NCBI GenBank assembly: GCA_030390025.1
Contig: JASTWF010000354.1
Location: 248,001-312,000 of the forward strand
Source of the DNA: Squalus acanthias
Lineage: Eukaryota
Direction: 5' to 3'
Length of the DNA stretch: 64,000 bases
The stretch's first letter is position 1. Every line of letters begins with the position of its first letter. Below, piece by piece: positions 57,431 to 64,000 of this stretch. A program made the position numbers and the translations under genes. The notes below the pieces were generated by a model. It saw only the letters and a list, made by a program, of their open reading frames with translations, did not search any database and had not been told where the DNA came from.

Positions 57431-58368
57431 TGCTCCCGAACTGCTTTATCAAAAATTACCCCGAGAACATCAGTTCCATCTTTGCACAGGTGTAGACCGT
57501 CCCTTTTGTATAGGTCACACCTACCACAAAACTGGTTCCAATGCCTCAAAAATTTAAAACCCTCCCTCTTACACCACTGCTCAAGCCACGTATTTAGCCT
57601 AACTATCCTGTTCTCTGTACTCTTACTAGCACGTGGCACTGGTAGTAATCCAGAGATTACTACCTTCGAGGTCCTACTTTTTAGCTTGGCTCCTAACTCC
57701 CTAAATTCTACTTGTAGGACCTCTTCCCTTTTTTTAGCTACGTCGTTGGTACCAACATGTTTCACGACAACTGGCTGTTCCCCCTCCCCTTCCAGAATTT
57801 TCTGCACCCGCGCCGAGACATCCTTGACCCTTGCACCAGGGAGGCAACATACCATCCTGGAGTCTCGGTCGCGACCACAGAAACCCCTATCTATTCCCCT
57901 TACAATCGAATCCCCTATTACTATAGCCCTGCCACTCATTTTCCCTCCCTTCTTTGCAACAGAGCCAGTCATGGTGCCATGAGCCTGGCTGCTGGTGCCT
58001 TCCCCCGATGAGTCATGCCCCCCGACAACAGCACCTAAGGCGGTGAACCTGTTGCTAAGGGAGACAACCCCAGGGGATTTCTGCACTACCTTCCTGCCCT
58101 TGCTCTGCCTTTTGGTCACCCATGTACTATCTACGCTGGCCTTAACCTGCGGTGTGACCAACTCACTAAATGTGTTATCCACAACCCTCTCAGAATCGTG
58201 GATGCTCCAAAGTGAGTCCATCCGCAGCTCAAGGGCCGTCATGCGGTCCCACATGAGCTGCAGCTGGACACACTTCCCGCACACATGGTTGTCAGGGACA
58301 CAGGAAGCGTCCCTGATTTCCCACATGTTACAGGAGGAGCATGACACAGGTCCGAGCTCTACTGCCAT
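57421..58368 (-). CDS. CR1 ORF1 protein (zinc finger + SGNH esterase), intact 315 aa
   Basis: CSSCNMWE..HVCGKC; IVIGDSIVRG; HVGTND; DGLHL. Confidence 0.93.
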   Translation of the reverse strand: MAVELGPVSCSSCNMWEIRDASCVPDNHVCGKCVQLQLMWDRMTALELRMDSLWSIHDSERVVDNTFSELVTPQVKASVDSTWVTKRQSKGRKVVQKSPGVVSLSNRFTALGAVVGGHDSSGEGTSSQAHGTMTGSVAKKGGKMSGRAIVIGDSIVRGIDRGFCGRDRDSRMVCCLPGARVKDVSARVQKILEGEGEQPVVVKHVGTNDVAKKREEVLQVEFRELGAKLKSRTSKVVISGLLPVPRASKSTENRIVRLNTWLEQWCKREGFKFLRHWNQFCGRCDLYKRDGLHLCKDGTDVLGVIFDKAVREHLN

Positions 58369-58971
58369 GACTTAACCCTTATATTACTTTTTAATTTTCT
58401 AGTTTTAGTTTATTTATTGACTTTTGTTTTCCCGAAGCTTACTTAGACCAATGTATACTGTACTCCTCTTATTCCTTTTTAAACTAACCAAATCCCACTA
58501 GTTTTAGTTTTACTTTCTAGGAAGGTTTGAGGAAAGTACTTACCAGTTAGTCTTACCTCCCTGGTCTTTCGCTGACTTCCCGGTCTTGTGTCCCCTTGGT
58601 CCTACGCCGAATTCCCGCTCCTCCCGGTTCCTGCCCTGCTGAAAAGAAACTGAGACCAAAAAATTTGTGACCTCTGTTTTTAGACTGCTAAAAGACTAGT
58701 AGGTTAGAGGAGGAGGGCGGGTGGGGGTTCCTACTCTGTAGGAACTCGGGTTTAAGCCACCACCCTCCTTAAATGCCGTTCACCTGGGTGCTTCCCACCT
58801 GGTCCGCTTCCGGTCTCGTCGCTCCCGACAACAGCCTGTGAAGAAAAGCACGCGAAAGTGAGTTCAAATACTCACAGCACCTCACAGCACCTCTGGTCTC
58901 GTCGCTCCCGACAACAGCCTGTGAAGAAAAGCCCGCGAAAGTGAGTTCAAATACTCACAGCACCTCACAGC

Positions 58972-61900
58972 ACTACTGCCTCTCCTAACCTGACTATTAC
59001 CATTCACCCTGATTACTGCCTCTCCTAACCTGACTATTACCATTCACCCTGACTACTGCCACTCCTAACCTGACTATTACCATTCACCCTGACTATTGCC
59101 ACTCCTAACCTGACTATTACCATTCACCCTGACTACTGCCTCTCCTAACCTGACTATTACCATTCACCCTGACTACTGCCTCTCCGAACCTGACTATTAC
59201 CATTCACCCTGACTACTGCCACTCCTAACCTGACTATTACCATTCACCCTGACTACTGCCTCTCCTAACCTGACTATTACCACACACACTGACTACGGCC
59301 TCTCCTAACCTGACTATTACCATTCACCCTGACTACTGCCACTCCTAACCTGACTATTACCACTCACCCTGACTACTGCCTCTCCTAACCTGACTATTAC
59401 CATTCACCCTGACTACTGCCTCTCCTAACCTGACTATTACCATTCACCCTGACTACTGCCTCTCCTAACCTGACTATTACCACTCACCCTGACTACTGCC
59501 TCTCCTAACCTGACTATTACAATTGACCCTGACTACTGCCTCTCCTAACCTGACTATTACCACTCACCCTGACTACTGCCTCTCCTAACCTGACTATTAC
59601 CATTCACCCTGACTACTGCCTCTCCTAACCTGACTATTACCATTCACCCTGACTACTGCCTCTCCTAACCTGACTATTACCATTCACCCTGACTACTGCC
59701 ACTCCTAACCTGACTATTACCATTCCCCCTGACTACTGCCTCTCCTAACCTGACTATTACCATTCACCCTGACTACTGCCTCTGCTAACCTGACTATTAC
59801 CATTCACCCTGACTACTGCCTCTCCTAACCTGACTATTACCATTCACCCTGACTACTGCCACTCCTAACCTGACTATTACCACTCACCCTGACTACTGCC
59901 TCTCCTAACCTGACTATTACCATTCACCCTGACTACTGCCTCTCCTAACCTGACTATTACCATTCACCCTGACTACTGCCTCCCTTAACCTGACTATTAC
60001 CATTCACCCTGACTACTGCCTCTCCTAACCTGACTATTACTTTTCACCCTGACTACTGCCTCTCCTAACCTGACTATTACCATTCACCCTAACTACTGCC
60101 TCTCCTAACCTGACTATTACCATTCACCCTGACTACTGCCTCTCCTAACCTGACTATTACCACTCTCCCTGACTACTGCCTCCCCTAACCTGACTATTAC
60201 CATTCACCCTGACTACTGCCTCTCCTAACCTGACTATTACCATTCACCCTGACTACTGCCTCCCCTAACCTGACTATTACCATTCACCCTGACTTCTGCC
60301 TCTCCTAACCTGACTATTACCATTCACCCTGACTACTGCCTCTCCTAACCTGACTATTACCATTCACCCTGACTACTGCCTCTCCTAACCTGACTATTAC
60401 CATTCACCCTGACTACTGCCTCTCCTAACCTGACTATTACCATTCACCCTGACTACTGCCTCCCCTAACCTGACTATTACCATTCACCCTGACTACTGCC
60501 TCTCCTAACCTGACTATTACTATTCACCCTGACTACTGCCTCTCCTAACCTGACTATTACCATTCACCCTAACTAATGCCTCTCCTAACCTGACTATTAC
60601 CATTCACCCTGACTACTGCCTCTCCTAACCTGACTATTACCACTCTCCCTGACTACTGCCTCTCCTAACCTGACTATTACTATTCACCCTGACTACTGCC
60701 TCTCCTAACCTGACTATTACCATTCACCCTAACTAATGCCTCTCCTAACCTGACTATTACCATTCACCCTGACTACTGCCTCTCCTAACCTGACTATTAC
60801 CACTCTCCCTGACTACTGCCTCCCCTAACCTGACTATTACCATTCACCCTGACTACTGCCTCTCCTAACCTGACTATTACCATTCACCCTGACTACTGCC
60901 TCCCCTAACCTGACTATTACCATTCACCCTGACTACTGCCTCTCCTAACCTGACTATTACCATTCACCCTGACTACTGCCTCTCCTAACCTGACTATTAC
61001 CATTCACCCTGACTACTGCCTCTCCTAACCTGACTATTACCACTCACCCTGACTACTGCCTCTCCTAACCTGACTATTACCATTCACCCTGACTACTGCC
61101 TCTCCTAACCTGACTATTACCATTCACCCTGACTACTGCCTCTCCTAACCTGACTATTACCATTCACCCTGACTACTGCCTCTCCTAACCTGACTATTAC
61201 CACTTACCCTGACTACTGCCTCTCCTAACCTGACTATTACCATTCACCCTGACTACTGCCACTCCTAACCTGACTATTACCATTCACCCTGACTACTGCC
61301 TCTGCTAACCTGTCTGTTACCATTCACCCTGACTACTGCCTCCCCTAACCTGACTATTACCATTCACCCTGACTACTGCCTCTCCTAACCTGACTATTAC
61401 CACTCACCCTGACTACTGCCTCTCCTAACCTGACTATTACCACTCACCCTGACTACTGCCTCTCCTAACCTGACTATTACCATTCACCCTGACTACTGCC
61501 TCTCCTAACCTGACTATTACCATTCACCCTGACTACTGCCTCTCCTAACCTGACTATTACCATTCACCCTGACTACTGCCTCTCCTAACCTGACTATTAC
61601 CATTCACCCTGACTACTGCCTCTCCTAACCTGACTATTACCATTCACCCTGACTACTGCCTCTCCTAACCTGACTATTACCATTCACCCTGACTACTGCC
61701 TCTCCTAACCTGACTATTACCATTCACCCTGACTACTGCCTCTCCTAACCTGACTATTACCATTCACCCTGACTACTGCCTCTCCTAACCTGACTATTAC
61801 CATTCACCCTGACTACTGCCTCTCCTAACCTGACTATTACCATTCACCCTGACTACTGCCTCTCCTAACCTGACTATTACCATTCACCCTGACTACTGCC

Positions 61901-62697
61901 TCTCCTAACCTGACTATTACCATTCACCCTGACTACTGCCTCTCCTAACCTGACTATTACCATTCACCCTGACTACTGCCTCTCCTAACCTGACTATTAC
62001 CATTCACCCTGACTACTGCCTCTCCTAACCTGACTATTACCATTCACCCTGACTACTGCCTCTCCTAACCTGACTATTACCATTCACCCTGACTACTGCC
62101 TCTCCTAACCTGACTATTACCATTCACCCTGACTACTGCCTCTCCTAACCTGACTATTACCATTCACCCTGACTACTGCCTCTCCTAACCTGACTATTAC
62201 CATTCACCCTGACTACTGCCTCTCCTAACCTGACTATTACCATTCACCCTGACTACTGCCTCTCCTAACCTGACTATTACCATTCACCCTGACTACTGCC
62301 TCTCCTAACCTGACTATTACCATTCACCCTGACTACTGCCTCTCCTAACCTGACTATTACCATTCACCCTGACTACTGCCTCTCCTAACCTGACTATTAC
62401 CATTCACCCTGACTACTGCCTCTCCTAACCTGACTATTACCATTCACCCTGACTACTGCCTCTCCTAACCTGACTATTACCATTCACCCTGACTACTGCC
62501 TCTCCTAACCTGACTATTACCATTCACCCTGACTACTGCCTCTCCTAACCTGACTATTACCATTCACCCTGACTACTGCCTCTCCTAACCTGACTATTAC
62601 CATTCACCCTGACTACTGCCTCTCCTAACCTGACTATTACCATTCACCCTGACTACTGCCTCTCCTAACCTGACTATTACCACTCACCCTGACTACA
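58972..62697. repeat. 40-bp satellite, right block (~93 copies)
   Basis: same unit as 52342-54381. Confidence 0.98.
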
Positions 62698-63581
62698 TTT
62701 GGAGTTTAAAATCGCTGAGTGTTTTGCAGCGATGGGGAAATTCTGCTGAAGATTCTTTCCCAATGTCTCCTGTGTTTAAGACCCTGTACAGCTCGATTGC
62801 AATGTTAGAATCTCTCTAGTTTTACATTACACCGACATAACGTGAATTTAATCAGCATCCCAGCAAACTGCAGAGTAAAAGAGCAATGAGCTGGGCAGGA
62901 AACGATATCTAAAGCTGTCTGTGGGTCATCAACACAAGGGACATAGGCCGAGAATATTAATCCTCGAAAAATAATTAAATCCTGTTCGCCCTTAATAAAT
63001 ATCCATCATTTCTTGCAAATTAATTCGATTCCTTATGAAAATTACTGATCTAATCCCCTCCAATATCTAATCCTTTCCGATATCACGATTATCAAAACCT
63101 GATTCACTTTCCCCAGATATGAAATCTCAGTAATAGGTTGTGTCTCGAAGGCCCCAATCTTTGCTCCTTCTGTCTCCTGTCTGGGCTCAGACGCTGCAAT
63201 GTGCTTTGTGTTTAATTTCTCCTGGTATTTGTGAATGAAAGATTTCTCCCCTCACTAATCTAATGATGGGCCTGAGATCAGACAGTCCAGCATTCCAACC
63301 CAGCGACCTTCCCCCGATATCAACCTCACATCAAAGCGGCTCCCACACTTTCTCACTTTACTCCTTGGGCTTTGCAGCTCGTGACCTCCTTCCCACCAAT
63401 CTCCCATCATTAGGAAATGGCCATGTTGATCTCTGTAACTGCAGGGAGCAGAGTTCAGGATTCCACCTCTCTGTAAATGTGAAAAGAAATCAGATTCTAA
63501 TCGTGGGTTCAGAATCCAGGGTCAGTGAGAGTGAAGAATAAATCAGAACATCGCTGGCACAGGATAATAAGCAGCAATAAT

Positions 63582-63840
63582 CCCAACCCAACCCCAACCC
63601 CACCCCAAACACCAACCCAACCCAACCCCAAACACCAACCCCAAACACCAACCCCAACCCCAATCCCCAAACACCAACCCCAAACACCAACCCAACCCCA
63701 AACCCCAAACCCCAACCCCAAACACCAACCCCAATCCCCAACCCCAAACCCAATCCCAAACCCAACCCCAAACACCAGCCCCAATCCCAACCCAACCCCA
63801 AACACCAACCCCAAACACCAACCCCAATCCCCAACCTCAA
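63582..63840. repeat. degenerate C/A-rich 5-7-mer repeat (CCCCAA/CCCAAA/CACCAA)
   Basis: directly visible. Confidence 0.9.
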
Positions 63841-64000
63841 TAATAATATAATCCCTGCAAGGTCCACACCACTCGGTTCAAGGGTCAGTCTGATCGACAC
63901 CACTCGGTCTAGGGGTCAAGGGTCAGTCTGATAGACACCAATTGGTCTAGGGGTGAAGGGTCAATCTGATGGACACCAGGGTCAGGACAAGTTGATTGGA

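Larger units (their letters stand above)
54382..58971 (-). mobile_element. full-length CR1 LINE inserted into the 40-bp satellite
   Basis: (TATCTATG)n tail, ORF2, ORF1, 5' UTR; ~18-bp TSD ACTACTGCCTCTCCTAAC (54364-54381, 58972-58989). Confidence 0.96.

Noticed and set aside
52342..62697. CRISPR-like regular repeats
   Set aside because: Head-to-tail units with no unique spacers, no cas genes, eukaryotic context
63582..63840. Telomere array or Gly/Trp-rich protein
   Set aside because: No (CCCTAA)n; degenerate low-complexity repeat, ORFs are artefacts

Overview
Repeat-dense eukaryotic genomic DNA, most likely from a cartilaginous fish (shark-type CR1/L2 LINEs, Deu-domain and other tRNA-derived SINEs). 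I find no recognisable host protein-coding gene; the long ORFs are either retroelement proteins or artefacts of tandem repeats. Main contents: (1) a decayed, internally deleted LTR retroelement (20818-27454, GTGT target-site duplication, TSD) with a coiled-coil plus CCHC gag, a UGA-CUAG gag/pol junction and an in-frame collapsed pol keeping a retrovirus-type RNase H helix, i.e. lokiretrovirus-like, plus a related solo LTR (42023-43272); (2) many CR1 LINEs, including a nearly intact full-length copy (54382-58971) inserted in a ~5.8 kb 40-bp satellite, whose ORF1/ORF2 junction carries an in-phase U_UUA_AAC heptamer while ORF2 has no AUG start, suggesting -1 ribosomal frameshifting; (3) Penelope-like elements with hammerhead ribozyme cores, one reduced to a ~200-bp palindrome; (4) a single-ORF LINE with a tRNA-derived SINE head; (5) a MITE; (6) many minisatellites repeatedly seeded from the same short segments of SINEs/LINEs. 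Family names come from motif recognition only; no database search was run, and boundaries of old fragments are approximate.
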